From NCBI GenBank assembly GCA_963751275.1, contig CAVVTZ010000009.1, forward strand, positions 256,001-320,000: a stretch of 64,000 bases of DNA, given 5' to 3'. This document shows positions 42,935-53,561 of the stretch, one piece after another. The notes beneath the pieces are model-generated. The model searched no databases, had not been told where the DNA came from, and saw only the letters and a program-made list of their open reading frames with translations. Within the stretch, counting starts at the first letter, position 1. Each line of letters opens with the position of its first letter. The stretch is from an uncultured Gemmatimonadaceae bacterium (GTDB taxonomy: Bacteria > Gemmatimonadota > Gemmatimonadetes > Gemmatimonadales > Gemmatimonadaceae). The position numbers and the translations under genes are program-made.

Positions 42935-44134
42935 GCCAGCGCCTCGACAATGAGCGCGATCCCCTGGCCGCCGCCGATGCAGGCGGAGCCGAGCCCGTAC
43001 CGCTTGCCCGACTTTCTAAGGGCGTGGATGAGAATGCACCGTGATGCGCGCGCCGCTCGCGGCCAGCGGGTGGCTGATCGCGATCGCGCCGCCGTGAACA
43101 TTGAACTTCTCGCGCGGGATCTTGAGTTCCATCTCCACCGCGCACACTTGTCCGGCGAACGCCTCGTTCACTTCGATGAGGTCCATCTGGCCGAGCGTCA
43201 TTCCCGCTCTCTCGAGCGCGATCTTCGACGCGGGCACCGGGCCGATGCCCATGATCGTGGGGTCCACGCCGGCCACCCCCCACGACACGAGGCGCGCGAG
43301 CGGCTTCAATCCCTTCTTCTTCGCCCACTCGGCGCTCGAGATCACCATCGCGCCGCCGCCATCGCCGATCCCGCTGGCATTGCCGGCGGTGACCACGCCA
43401 TCCGCCTTGAACACCGGCTTCAATTTCGCGAGTCCCTCCGCGGTGGTGTCGGGCCGCATGTGCTCGTCGCGGCGGAATTCCTCCGACATCTTCGTCTTCG
43501 GGTTCTTCACCGGGATGCCGATCACTTCGTCGTCAAAAACGCCGGCCGCCCATGCTTCCTTGGCCTTCTGCTGTGAGCGGAGGGCGTACTCATCCACGGC
43601 GGCGCGGGAGATGTCGTATTGGGCGGCGAGCTTCTCCGCGGTCTCGGCCATCGCGAGGCCGGCCACGGGATCGCGGAGGCCTTCCCAGAGGGAATCTTCG
43701 AGAACGGGGCTCTTGCCGAGCTGAACGCCCCAGCGCAGGCCGCGCGCAATGTGCGGCGCCTGCGACATGCTCTCGCCGCCCCCCACGAGACAGACATCGG
43801 ATTGATCGAGCAGGATCTCCATCGCGCCGCTGACCACGGCCTGGAAGCCGGAGCCGCAGAGGCGGTTCACCGTGAGCCCGGGCACTTCCTTGGGGACGCC
43901 CGCCTTGAGAGAAACGTGGCGCGCGAAATAGATCGTGTCCGACGTCGTCTGCATGACGTTGCCGAAGACAGCGTGGCCGATCTCCGCCGGTTCGACCTTG
44001 GCGCGCACGATCGCCTCGCGCGCGGCGAAGACGGCGAGATCGATGGCGGAGAAGTCCTTCAGCGTTCCGCCGAAGGTGCCGAACGGGGTGCGGACCGCGC
44101 TCAGGAAGACAATGTCCTTGTTCAACTTGTTCAT
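42931..44134 (-). CDS. Acetyl-CoA C-acyltransferase (thiolase); frameshift near 43035
   Basis: [29 protein letters not shown]-terminal SACIGGGQG in another frame. Confidence 0.93.
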
Positions 44135-44223
44135 CGCGCCCGGAGAGTGTGGGGGACTCTAAAGATGCCCGGGTGGGGGAGCAGATGGTAGTCGGGGGTT
44201 CCCGGGATCCTCAGCCTCGGCGA

Positions 44224-44467
44224 GCGGGAACACACGTATCACGGTTCAAATTTGGCCGGATTAATCGGATTGGAGCGGATCGGGCGGATCGCTCCGCGCG
44301 CTGAGGCAATTCCTCGTGCCGGTGCAAGGGTGTGTTCTTGTTGTGAACAGCAAGAACAAAGCGCCGGCTGTGTGCGGGATGCTCCTCCGGTGCGCGGAGC
44401 GATCCGCAAAATCCGCTCCGATCCGGTTAATCCGGCCAAATTTGAACCGTGATACTTGTGTTCCCGC
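44224..44467. repeat. Inverted-repeat element, family G
   Basis: gtatcacggttcaaatttggccggattaatcggattggagcggat / atccgctccgatccggttaatccggccaaatttgaaccgtgatac; central tgttcttgttgtgaacagcaagaaca. Confidence 0.92.
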
Positions 44468-44501
44468 GCGCCACCCGTGAGGCTCCAAGGGCCCGGTATT
44501 T

Positions 44502-45533
44502 CTATGGCCTGCCTCCCGGCAGCCATGTGGGCAGCGGGCCGTTCGCCAACATCCACACCGCCGACGTCGCGGCGCGGATCACGGCGGTCATGTGCGGGAT
44601 GTCCACGCGGCTCATGTCGTCGGACGGCTGGTGATAGTCGCCGTGGAGTCCGAAGGACGAGAGCGTCTGCGCGGGGATGCCGAGTTTCGCAAAGGCGATG
44701 TTGTCGCTGCGCTGGAAGAATTGCTCGCTCGGATGCGGATCGGGGAAGATCGGGAGTCCGGCGGCCTTGAACATGGGACCCATCGTGGTGCGTTCGTAGC
44801 CGGTGAGCCACGCCTTGCCGGGGCCGATGAGGGAGTCGGGGCGGCCGATCATCTCGATCTCGAGATTCGCGCGCACGCTGTCGAGCGGCACGGGGAAGTG
44901 GCCAATGAGCCAATCGGTGCCGAAGAGCCCTTCTTCTTCGCCGGTGGTGGTCACGAAGAGGATGCTGCGTTTCGGCGCCGGGCCGGCCGCGATCACGCGC
45001 GCCACCGAGAGCACGGTGACTACGCCGCTCGCATCGTCATCCGCGCCGTTGTAGATCGAGTCGCCCTTCACCGCGGCGCCAATGCCGAGGTGGTCGAAGT
45101 GCGCATCGACGAGCACGTACTCCTCACGGAGCGCGGGATCGCTGCCGCGGATCATCCCAATGACGTTCACATCCCCCACCGTGCGCGTGCCGGCCACCGC
45201 GGCCGCGGCCGAGTATCGGGCGAGCCCCTTCGTGGTCATGAGCAGCGGCACCTTCTGGAAATAGCCGCTGTCTCCCATCGGCTGCAGATGCGCGGCGGCC
45301 ATTTGCAATGCGATGAATTTCGTCGCCCGCGCCGCCCCCCGACTCGCGGTCATCCGCCCTTCCATCGAATCATCCGCGAGCACCGAGAGCATCGCGGTGA
45401 CGGATCGATCCGTGATCGACGAGACATTAGGCGCCGCCGGTGGCGCCGGCGCCGCCTCGGGCTTGGATGTTGCACACGCTGACAGGATCACCGCAAAGAC
45501 GATCGAACTCGTGTACTTCTTGAAAGAGCCCAT
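44502..45533 (-). CDS. M28 family peptidase, lipoprotein
   Basis: AHFDHLG, NGADDDASG, GEEEGL, RSDN, DYHQPSD; lipobox LSAC. Confidence 0.93.
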   Translation of the reverse strand: MGSFKKYTSSIVFAVILSACATSKPEAAPAPPAAPNVSSITDRSVTAMLSVLADDSMEGRMTASRGAARATKFIALQMAAAHLQPMGDSGYFQKVPLLMTTKGLARYSAAAAVAGTRTVGDVNVIGMIRGSDPALREEYVLVDAHFDHLGIGAAVKGDSIYNGADDDASGVVTVLSVARVIAAGPAPKRSILFVTTTGEEEGLFGTDWLIGHFPVPLDSVRANLEIEMIGRPDSLIGPGKAWLTGYERTTMGPMFKAAGLPIFPDPHPSEQFFQRSDNIAFAKLGIPAQTLSSFGLHGDYHQPSDDMSRVDIPHMTAVIRAATSAVWMLANGPLPTWLPGGRP

Positions 45534-45563
45534 GATTCCACTCCCTGTAGTGAACAAAAGCAT

Positions 45564-45679
45564 TCATCCGCTCTTATCGTCAGTTATCCTGATAATCCTG
45601 TCAAAGCAGTTGTTTGTAGTGACTAGACCAAACTGCTTTGACAGGATTATCAGGATAACAGCTGACAACACCGGGATGA
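45564..45679. repeat. Family C palindrome copy 2 (arms in swapped order)
   Basis: gttatcctgataatcctgtcaaagcagtt / aactgctttgacaggattatcaggataac. Confidence 0.85.
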
Positions 45680-45683
45680 CTGC

Positions 45684-46736
45684 CTATATCCTCGCCGCGA
45701 TCCAGTCGCCGACGGCGCGGGTGCCGAGGGAACCGCCAACGTCACTCGTGCCAATGCCAGTGTTGATCGCATCGGCGACAGCCTTCTCGACGGCCCGCGC
45801 GGCATCGGCAGCCCCGAGGGTATCGAGCATCATCGCGGCCGTGAGGATCGCCGCCATCGGGTTCGCGACGTCCTTGCCGGCCATCGGCGGTGCGCTGCCG
45901 TGCACGGGCTCGAACATCGCCACGTGCCCCGGATTCCGGTTCGCGCTGGGCGCCAATCCCAGCCCGCCGGCGATCATCGACGCGACGTCGGAGAGGATGT
46001 CGCCGAAGAGATTCCCGGTCACGATCACCTGGAATTGCTCCGGCGCGCGGATGAGGTCCATCGCCATCGCGTCCACATAGCGCGTTTCACGCGCGATGCC
46101 GGGATACTCGCTGCCGACGATATCGAACACGCGCCGCCAGAGCGAATGCGCCTCGATCGCGTTCGCCTTGTCGGCCATCGCGACCCTCGTCTTGCCGTGC
46201 TCCTTCGCCCACGCGAAGGCGTAGCGGATGATCCGTTCCACGCCTTTGCGCGTGTTCAGCTCCTCTGCGATCGCGAGCTCGTCGGGCGTCCCTTTCTTGA
46301 AGATGCCGCCGACCGATACGTAGAGCCCCTCGGTGTTCTCGCGGAAGATGACGAGATCGATCTCCTTCGGCGTCTTCCCCTTGAGCGGGGTGAGGCGCTC
46401 GTGGAAGAGCTTCGCGGGACGCTCGTTCACGTAGAGGTCCAGCTGGAAGCGCATGCCGAGCAGGATGTCGCGCGCGTGCTCGTTGCCGGGGACGCGCGGG
46501 TCGCCGAGCGCACCAACCATAATGGCGTCGAAATCTGTGCCGAGGCGCTGCATCTCGGCGGGGGCGATCGTGACGCCGGTGGTGAGATAGTGATCGGCGC
46601 CGTAGGGGAGCTGCTCGATCGTGAGGCCGGGTTTGAATTTCGACTCGACCGCGGCGATCACCTTCAGCGCTTCACGCGTGACTTCGGGACCGATGCCGTC
46701 GCCGGCGATGACGGCGACGCGGCGCTTGGTTGTCAC
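45684..46736 (-). CDS. Isocitrate/isopropylmalate dehydrogenase family (LeuB-like)
   Basis: GDGIGPEV, RENTEG, NLFGDILSD, FEPVHGSAP. Confidence 0.92.
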   Translation of the reverse strand: MTTKRRVAVIAGDGIGPEVTREALKVIAAVESKFKPGLTIEQLPYGADHYLTTGVTIAPAEMQRLGTDFDAIMVGALGDPRVPGNEHARDILLGMRFQLDLYVNERPAKLFHERLTPLKGKTPKEIDLVIFRENTEGLYVSVGGIFKKGTPDELAIAEELNTRKGVERIIRYAFAWAKEHGKTRVAMADKANAIEAHSLWRRVFDIVGSEYPGIARETRYVDAMAMDLIRAPEQFQVIVTGNLFGDILSDVASMIAGGLGLAPSANRNPGHVAMFEPVHGSAPPMAGKDVANPMAAILTAAMMLDTLGAADAARAVEKAVADAINTGIGTSDVGGSLGTRAVGDWIAARI

Positions 46737-47467
46737 GGGGCGGCGCCGGCGCTGCGTCCGCAGGTGACGCAGAACTTCCAGTTCACCTCGAGCTCCGAGC
46801 CGCACGCGGGGCAGCGCTGGATCGCGAGATTCTGCCCGCAGTTGGGGCAGAAGATGACGCGGCGTCCCGCGGGGAGCGCGCCGCCGCAGAAGCGGCAGTC
46901 GCCGGCGGGCGGGGTGGCGGCGGGGGTGCCGGGCGTGCTGGGACGGGAAACCGGTGGCAATGGCATGGGCGCTCGCATGGGGCCCGACGAGCGTGCGCCG
47001 GGCGGCGGTGGTGGGACGTTCGGTGAACTGGCGCGCGGCGGTGGAGGCGGTGGCGGCGGCGATACCCTCGGCGGCATCGTGGCGCCGCTCGCGCGCGGCT
47101 GCGGGTTGCTGTCCATGGGCCCGCCCTGCGCATCGGAACGGCGCACGGCGTCGGCGACGAGCACCACGCGCGACGCCGCGAATTCGCGGTAGATGGCGGT
47201 GTTGGGATTCGCCGACTCGAGTTCCTGGCGGATCGTCTCGCGCATCACGTCATCGCCCATCATGAGACTGCGCTCGCCGGCGAGCATTTGGCAGAGCGCG
47301 ATCTCGTAGTCCTCATTCGTCTCGATCTCGAGCTCCTTCCGGTTGTGACGATAGGGGATGAGACTCTGGAAGAGCTCGCTCACCTCGAACGGCTGGCTCA
47401 GCAACTCGGGATAGCCGTTACGAATGTTCTGCACGAGCCGTCGAAACATGCGGTCCAGATCGTCCAT
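46733..47467 (-). CDS. Double zinc-ribbon domain protein
   Basis: CRFCG..FCPNCG..CPACG..FCVTCG after a Pro-rich linker. Confidence 0.85.
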   Translation of the reverse strand: MDDLDRMFRRLVQNIRNGYPELLSQPFEVSELFQSLIPYRHNRKELEIETNEDYEIALCQMLAGERSLMMGDDVMRETIRQELESANPNTAIYREFAASRVVLVADAVRRSDAQGGPMDSNPQPRASGATMPPRVSPPPPPPPPRASSPNVPPPPPGARSSGPMRAPMPLPPVSRPSTPGTPAATPPAGDCRFCGGALPAGRRVIFCPNCGQNLAIQRCPACGSELEVNWKFCVTCGRSAGAAP

Positions 47468-47520
47468 AGGAACTCGCGCGAGAGGGGTCGGTGCCGGGCG
47501 ACACCGCTGACGGTGCCCTC

Positions 47521-49602
47521 GTGAACGCTCCCGCGCAAGACCCGCGCCCACCCGAACCGGACCTTCCCATACCGACCGACCGTCTGCCGCGCGCCGCCCT
47601 TCGCGCCACCGCCCTCATGCTCGCGCTGTTCGGCGTCGTGCCGATGGCGAATCTGCTCTCCGGCGGCCGCGCGGTGGTGTGGTGGGGGAGCGCCGTGCAG
47701 GACTGGATCCTGTGGGGCGCGGTGACGCTCATCGCCGCGATGGCGGTCGCGCGATTCGGCGGCGAGGCCGTGGGCGAGGCGTGCGCGGGCGCGTGGCGCC
47801 GCGTGATGGCGCCCGCCGCGCTGCGCTTCGGTGCCATCGTATCCTTCGCGACGCTCGCGCTCTCGATCGCGCTCGCGGGCTACGCCTTCGCGCGGCAGCC
47901 GCACTCGATCGACGAGATGGAAGCGCTCTGGCAGTCGCGGATCTACGCGTCGGGGCACTTCGCGATCGCGCCCTTCGCGCATCCCGAGTTCGTGTCGATG
48001 ATGAACGTGATCGACACGCCGCGCTGGTACACGCTCTTTCCGGCCGGCGGGCCGGCGCTGCTGACGCTCGGCACGCTCGCCGGTGCGGCGTGGCTGGTGA
48101 ATCCCATCTGTGCCGCGATCGCGGTGGCCGCGATGTACGCGTTCGTGCGGCGCGCCTATGACGAATCCACGGCGCGCGCGACGGCGATCGTGATGACGCT
48201 CTCACCGTTCTTCCTGTTCATGGCGGCGGGCTACCAGAACCACGTGCCGGCGCTCGCGGCGCTGGCGCTGGCGCTCGCGGCGCTCGCGGCGTGGCGAAAT
48301 GCGGCGACGCCGAAAGCGGCGGTAAAGGCGTCTGTCGGTGTCGGTCTGGCACTTGGTGCGATGGTCGCGATCCGCCCGCTGGACGGCGCGCTCGCGTCGG
48401 CCGCGTTCGGCATCTTCCAAGCCGCGAACATCGCGCGCCGCACCGGCGCGGCACGGTGGGGTTCGCTCGCGGCGCAGGCGGTGGCCGGCGCGATCCCGGT
48501 GGCGTTCCTGCTGATCGCGAACGCGAACAGCACGGGACATCCGCTCACGTTCGCGTACGGCGTGATGTGGGGGGGCGCGTCGATGGGCTTCGGCCCGACG
48601 CCTTTCGGCGAGGCGCACACGCCCGTGCGCGCGCTGGTCTTGCTGTCGCAGAACCTGATGCGGCTGGACCTGTACATGTTCGAATGGCCCATCCCGGGGA
48701 TCGTACTCGCGCTGGTGACGCTCGTGCTGCTGCGCGCGCCGAAGGATTGGGACCTGCTCGCGGCCGGGCTCATCGTCGCATACCTCGTGGGGTACGCGAT
48801 GTACTGGCACGAGGGATTCTGGGTGGGGCCGCGCTTCATCTACCCGACGATCCCGCTCTGGGTGCTCTTCACCGTGCGCGCGCCGTCGCTGGTCGCCGTG
48901 CGCACGGAAGACGCGACCTACCGGCGCGCCGTGATGCTCGTGATCCCGCTGTGCATGGTCGGCGCGATCATCATGCCCTCCACCGTGATGGGCGCGCGCA
49001 TGCGGGCGCAGCGCTATCACGAGTCGCTCTGGCAGCTGCGCACCGACATCGGCGCCGAGGCGCGCGCCGCGGGCCTCAAGAACGCGGTGGTCGTGGTGCA
49101 CGAGTCGTGGGGCGCGCGGCTCATGGCGCGCATGTGGGCCGCGGGCGTGCCGCGGCGCGATGCCGAGCAATTGCTCGCGCACAGCGACGCGTGCGCGCTC
49201 GAGCTGCAGCTGCTCGTGGAGGAATCACCCCCGGGCGGCGACCCAGCCGGCCTCGTCGCGCGGCTGCGCGATGCGACGCCCGCGAGCGAGCGCGCCGCCC
49301 TGGCGCCGCGCCCGGACATCACCGCCGACGGCACGCTGCTCTTCTCGGATCATGGGCCGTTCACGAAACAGTGCGCGGAGAACGCGCTGGCCGACAGCGC
49401 CGGCGTGTCACTGTACCCGGCATTCCTCCCTCAGAACCGGGTCATGCGCGACGGGCAACTCGGAGGCAATGTGATCTACGTACGCGATCTCGGCGGGCAC
49501 AATCTGGCGCTGCGAAAGATCTTCGGGGATCGGACTTGGTACCACTACATGCCGAGAAAATCGCCCGAAGATTCGAGTGCCATCTTCGTCAAATACCACT
49601 AA
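47521..49602 (+). CDS. Polytopic membrane glycosyltransferase (GT-C/ArnT-PMT-like)
   Basis: Many TM helices, PHSIDE motif, GPRF; adjacent to a GT2 gene. Confidence 0.7.
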   Translation: MNAPAQDPRPPEPDLPIPTDRLPRAALRATALMLALFGVVPMANLLSGGRAVVWWGSAVQDWILWGAVTLIAAMAVARFGGEAVGEACAGAWRRVMAPAALRFGAIVSFATLALSIALAGYAFARQPHSIDEMEALWQSRIYASGHFAIAPFAHPEFVSMMNVIDTPRWYTLFPAGGPALLTLGTLAGAAWLVNPICAAIAVAAMYAFVRRAYDESTARATAIVMTLSPFFLFMAAGYQNHVPALAALALALAALAAWRNAATPKAAVKASVGVGLALGAMVAIRPLDGALASAAFGIFQAANIARRTGAARWGSLAAQAVAGAIPVAFLLIANANSTGHPLTFAYGVMWGGASMGFGPTPFGEAHTPVRALVLLSQNLMRLDLYMFEWPIPGIVLALVTLVLLRAPKDWDLLAAGLIVAYLVGYAMYWHEGFWVGPRFIYPTIPLWVLFTVRAPSLVAVRTEDATYRRAVMLVIPLCMVGAIIMPSTVMGARMRAQRYHESLWQLRTDIGAEARAAGLKNAVVVVHESWGARLMARMWAAGVPRRDAEQLLAHSDACALELQLLVEESPPGGDPAGLVARLRDATPASERAALAPRPDITADGTLLFSDHGPFTKQCAENALADSAGVSLYPAFLPQNRVMRDGQLGGNVIYVRDLGGHNLALRKIFGDRTWYHYMPRKSPEDSSAIFVKYH

Positions 49603-49605
49603 CTA

Positions 49606-49880
49606 CGCACCCCGAACTCCGTACTTGGTCCCCCGAACGCCGTGAGGCGTGAGGCGTGCGCCGAACGGATTGTACGGCGTGAGGCGCGACCCCAACGCCG
49701 TGAGGCGTGAGGCGTGCGCCGGATACGCCTCACGCCGTTCGGGGTGCGCCTCACGCCTCATGATCCGTTCGTCGCACGCCTCACGTCTCACGGCGTTCGG
49801 GGTGCGCCTCACGCCTCATGATCCGTTCGTCGCACGCCTCACGCCTCACGGTGTTCGGGGGACCAAATACGGAGTTCGGG
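49606..49880. repeat. Family F repeat cluster copy 2
   Basis: ccccgaacgccgtgaggcgtgaggcg units followed by inverted cgcctcacg..cggcgttcgggg units; outer acc(c)cgaactccgta / tacggagttcgggt. Confidence 0.9.
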
Positions 49881-49902
49881 TCGCCAGCAACGCCGTTCGT
49901 CG

Positions 49903-50661
49903 TCAGTCGCGCACGAGCCTCGGCTGCGATCCGCTGGTCCACGCCGCCACGATGATATGCCAGAACGCCGCCACGCCGTCCCGCCACGTGATCTTCTTCC
50001 CCTCGGCGTAGGTCCGCCCGTGGTAGCTGATCGGCACTTCGTACACGCGCGCGCCCATCTGTGACAGCCGCGCGACGATCTCGGGCTCGATGCCGAAGCG
50101 CTCGCGCGTGAGGTGCATGATCCGGAAGCTCTCGCGCGTGAACGCCTTGTAGCCCACTTCCATGTCCGTCAGGTTCAGGTTCGTGAACATGTTGGACATG
50201 AACGTCAGCGCGCCGTTCCCCATGCGGTGGTAGAAGTACAGCACGCGATGCGCGCCGGCGCCGCCGAAGCGGGTGCCGCACACGGCATCGGCGTGGCCGT
50301 TGAGGATCGGCGCGATCAGCGCGGGGATGTCGGTGGGATCGTACTCGAGGTCCGCATCCTGGATGATGACGAGGTCGCCGGTCGCCTCGGCGCGCGCCGT
50401 CTGCACGGCGCAGCCCTTCCCCCGGTTCACCTCGTGCCGCGCGATCCTCATCATGCCGCCGGCGGCCTCGGCGCGCTTCGTGAGTCGCTCGAACGTCCCG
50501 TCCTTCGAGCAGTCATCCACCGCCACGATCTGCAGCGTGACGCCGTCCGCCTTGAGACGCCCGCCCAGCGCCGAGACCGCATCGAGCGTGCGGTCGATCG
50601 TCGCGGCTTCGTTATAGCACGGGATGAGAACGGAGAGAGTGACGCTCTTCGGCGGCGTCAC
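49903..50661 (-). CDS. Glycosyltransferase family 2 (polyprenol-phosphate sugar synthase-like)
   Basis: IPCYNE, VDDCSKDGT, QDADLEYDP, TDMEVGYK, EVPISY.GR. Confidence 0.93.
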   Translation of the reverse strand: MTPPKSVTLSVLIPCYNEAATIDRTLDAVSALGGRLKADGVTLQIVAVDDCSKDGTFERLTKRAEAAGGMMRIARHEVNRGKGCAVQTARAEATGDLVIIQDADLEYDPTDIPALIAPILNGHADAVCGTRFGGAGAHRVLYFYHRMGNGALTFMSNMFTNLNLTDMEVGYKAFTRESFRIMHLTRERFGIEPEIVARLSQMGARVYEVPISYHGRTYAEGKKITWRDGVAAFWHIIVAAWTSGSQPRLVRD

Positions 50662-50849
50662 GGAGTCTTGTTCTTCTCCAGGCTGTCCAATTGCGAGTCC
50701 GGATCGGACTTCACGCGATCGCGGTTCTTACCGCCCACGGCGTGCACGGCGCGAACGTAGATCGGATCGTTGTAGATCTCGTGGTCGTCCCAGCCGAACC
50801 AGTAACCGAAGCAGAGGCCCGCGACAAGGATGAGCAGATACTTGATCAT
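50658..50849 (-). CDS. Small hypothetical membrane protein
   Basis: N-terminal TM helix; overlaps the GT2 start. Confidence 0.65.
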   Translation of the reverse strand: MIKYLLILVAGLCFGYWFGWDDHEIYNDPIYVRAVHAVGGKNRDRVKSDPDSQLDSLEKNKTP

Positions 50850-50874
50850 GTGCCGTCCCGAGAGGGGTGAGTGT

Positions 50875-51513
50875 CTATGAGAAAAGACTCGCCGCGCCCT
50901 CGGGCGGTAACGGCGGCGCGGGGCGGAAACCGGCCGCTTCCGGGAGCGGATCCGGCGCCAGGGTCATCTGCCCTTTCGCCCGTTCCGCCGCGAGCCAGGC
51001 GTCGAACTCCGAGGGCACGGCGCCCCCCGATGCGTCCAGCCGCTGGGCGGCGCGGACGGCCAGGAAATTCGCGTACTCGTTCTGCGGGTGTCCCTTGTGG
51101 CCGCGTACCCAGCGCCAGTCGATGTCGTGGCCGCGCGACGCCGCCGCGAGCTCCTGCCAGAGCGCGACGTTCTCCAGCGCCCCGCCCTTCCGCCGCCAGC
51201 CGCGGCGGATCCATCCCGGCACCCACTCGCGCATCCCCTTCACCAGATACTGCGAATCGCTCGTGAACACGACCGACGCGCGCTCGCCGTTGGCCGAGAA
51301 GATCTTCAGCGCCTCGAGCGCGGAGCGGATCGCCATGCGGTTGTTCGTCGTGGCGGGGTCCGAGATCCAGTAGTCGAGCCGCACGAGCGCGCCCGAGCGC
51401 GGATGGCGCAGCTCGATCAGCCCGCCCGCGCCGCCCGGATTGTCGCCGTCCTGCCCGTTGCCGAGGCACGATTCGTCGGCGTACACCGCCACGAGCGGAC
51501 CGGAGGCGCTCAC
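50875..51513 (-). CDS. rnhA: Ribonuclease HI
   Basis: YADESCLGN, TTNNRM, DSQYL, WVRGH.GHPQNE. Confidence 0.9.
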   Translation of the reverse strand: MSASGPLVAVYADESCLGNGQDGDNPGGAGGLIELRHPRSGALVRLDYWISDPATTNNRMAIRSALEALKIFSANGERASVVFTSDSQYLVKGMREWVPGWIRRGWRRKGGALENVALWQELAAASRGHDIDWRWVRGHKGHPQNEYANFLAVRAAQRLDASGGAVPSEFDAWLAAERAKGQMTLAPDPLPEAAGFRPAPPLPPEGAASLFS

Positions 51514-51728
51514 GGGATCACCTGGATGCTGTCCACCTCGTCAATGAAGAACACGAGCGGCTGGCCGGTGGACGGGTGAAAGCTCCGAATGCGCTCGCGC
51601 CCGCCGTCGAGCAGGAGCGCCTCGGCGATGACCACGAATTCCGTGCCGCGGCGCACCACCGCGATGCGCCCGCGATTGGTCACCGCGCGCTCGAGCGCAT
51701 CGTACTGCGCGGGCGTCAGGCGGGCCAC
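51510..51728 (-). CDS. Small hypothetical protein
   Basis: VARLTPAQYDALERAV..; fills the operon gap with overlapping start and stop. Confidence 0.65.
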   Translation of the reverse strand: MARLTPAQYDALERAVTNRGRIAVVRRGTEFVVIAEALLLDGGRERIRSFHPSTGQPLVFFIDEVDSIQVIP

Positions 51729-52897
51729 GCGCCACTCCCCCCGCACCAGCTCGCCACCAGCCCGGTGAGCACCTTCGTGGCGGTCTCGACCTCGGCGAGC
51801 GGCACGAACTCCGACGCGGCGTGCGCGAGCGCGATGTCGCCCGGGCCGTAACAGATCGCCGGAATGCCGGCCTCGTTCAGGAGCGCGGCGTCGGTCCATG
51901 CGCTCATGCCGGCGAGTCGCACGGCGCCGCCATCGGCGGCGATCGCGGCGCCGAGGGCGCGCACCACCGGGGCGTCCGGCGCCACATCGCTCGGCCGCTG
52001 CGCGAGATCCAGCGCGACGTCGGCGCTGAATTCCGGGCGGCGCGCCTTGAGGCGCGCGCACGCCGCGCGCAATTCGCCGAGCGCGCCTTCGGCGGTGTCG
52101 CCCGGGAGCGTGCGCCATTCGATCCGGAGCACGCACCGGTCGGGGTAGGTGGTCATTCCGCTGCCGCCCTCGATCGACGACGCGTGCAGTGAGCCGCGGC
52201 CGAGCAGCGGGTGCGTGCGCGCGCTGAGCGGGCCCGCGTCGAAGCCGTCGAGGTCCGCGAGCAGGAGTCCGGCGAGCCGGATCGCGTCGATGCCGATGTC
52301 GTAGCGGCTGCCGTGCGCGGCGCGCCCCTTCACCGTGATCGTGAACCACGCGAAGCCGCGGTGCGCGGGCATGATCGTGAGGCGCGTGGGCTCGGTGACG
52401 ACGGCGGCGTCGGCGCGCACGCCCGACGCCAGCAGCGCGCGGGTGCCGATGCTGGCCCACTCTTCGTCGGCGACGGCGGCGATGACGACCTCGCCAGGCA
52501 ACGGTGCGGCGGCGTGTGCGCGCACGGCGGCCGCGCACATCGCGGCGACGCCGCCCTTCATGTCGGCGGACCCGCGCGCGTACAGCTTGCCGTCGCGCTC
52601 CTCGGCGCCGAACGGATCGTGGATCATGTTGTCCACGCCCACGATGTCGAGATGGCCGTTGAGCATGAGCGAACGGCCGCCGCGCGCCGCGCCGATGCGG
52701 GCGACGACGTTCGGCCGGCCGGGGGCGGCGTCGCGGATCTCGACGCGGAATCCCCATTGCTCGAGCACCGCGCCAAGGGCGCGGGCGGCGGCGGCTTCGC
52801 CGGGCGCGCCGCCGGTGAGCGACGGGTTGCGGGAATCGATGCGGACGAGCGTGCGCAGGAGCGCGATGGCGTCGCCGGCGGCGGGGCTCGCGCTCAT
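51716..52897 (-). CDS. ArgE/DapE family M20 deacylase
   Basis: NGHLDIV, RGSADMKGG, ADEE, EPT, AH. Confidence 0.92.
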   Translation of the reverse strand: MSASPAAGDAIALLRTLVRIDSRNPSLTGGAPGEAAAARALGAVLEQWGFRVEIRDAAPGRPNVVARIGAARGGRSLMLNGHLDIVGVDNMIHDPFGAEERDGKLYARGSADMKGGVAAMCAAAVRAHAAAPLPGEVVIAAVADEEWASIGTRALLASGVRADAAVVTEPTRLTIMPAHRGFAWFTITVKGRAAHGSRYDIGIDAIRLAGLLLADLDGFDAGPLSARTHPLLGRGSLHASSIEGGSGMTTYPDRCVLRIEWRTLPGDTAEGALGELRAACARLKARRPEFSADVALDLAQRPSDVAPDAPVVRALGAAIAADGGAVRLAGMSAWTDAALLNEAGIPAICYGPGDIALAHAASEFVPLAEVETATKVLTGLVASWCGGSGAWPA

Positions 52898-52913
52898 GCG
52901 CGGTACCGGCGCG

Positions 52914-53345
52914 CTACTTCTTTTTCTTCTTCGCGGCGGGTTTCTTCTTCGCGGCCGGCTTCTTCTTCGCGGACGACTTCTTCTTGCCGCCCTTGCGGCT
53001 CTTGTGCGCCGCCTCGACCTCGACCATCAGCTTGTCCACTTCTTCCTGCATCATCTGGCCGCGGCGCACCATGTACTGCAGCAGGTCGCGCGCGCTCTCG
53101 AGCGGGAATTCGCCGAGGCCGGCCGCGGCGCCAATGACATCCTTCATCGCGGCGGACATCTTGCTGCCGGCTTCGAGACTGATCTCGTGCGCGCGGGCCG
53201 CCATCTCGGCGACCGTGTCGCGAACATCCTGTCCGCGGTGTCCGGGGCCGCGGCGCGGAACGCCGGGCGCGGGCATTCCCGGCGCGCCGGGGGTTGCGGG
53301 CGGTACCGTCGGCTTGCTATCTGCAACGAGTGGCTTATCCGGCAT
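52914..53345 (-). CDS. Hypothetical protein with Lys/Ala-rich histone-like tail
   Basis: C-terminal AKKKPAAKKKPAAKKKKK. Confidence 0.7.
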   Translation of the reverse strand: MPDKPLVADSKPTVPPATPGAPGMPAPGVPRRGPGHRGQDVRDTVAEMAARAHEISLEAGSKMSAAMKDVIGAAAGLGEFPLESARDLLQYMVRRGQMMQEEVDKLMVEVEAAHKSRKGGKKKSSAKKKPAAKKKPAAKKKKK

Positions 53346-53561
53346 GTTGGGCGGAGCTCCGTGGTCGATCAGCGGGGGGATCGAGCAAAATCGTGCGCGA
53401 CTCGGCAATGTGCGTGTCGCAGGCGTAAGTATAAGATTCGGCGAGCGCGGTGCAAGTGAAGAATCGAGCGAATTTCAGAGAGAAAGCATGACATTTCAGA
53501 GACAATTACAGCGAATCATGCTAGAAATACGCGCCATTATCGCGCCATTATAGTGCCAAAT

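Noticed and set aside
41567..43576. Long antisense ORFs (e.g. 41567..43576, 6094..7947, 57650..59254, 54119..55723)
   Set aside because: These are shadow frames of real genes in high-GC DNA, with no recognisable motifs.
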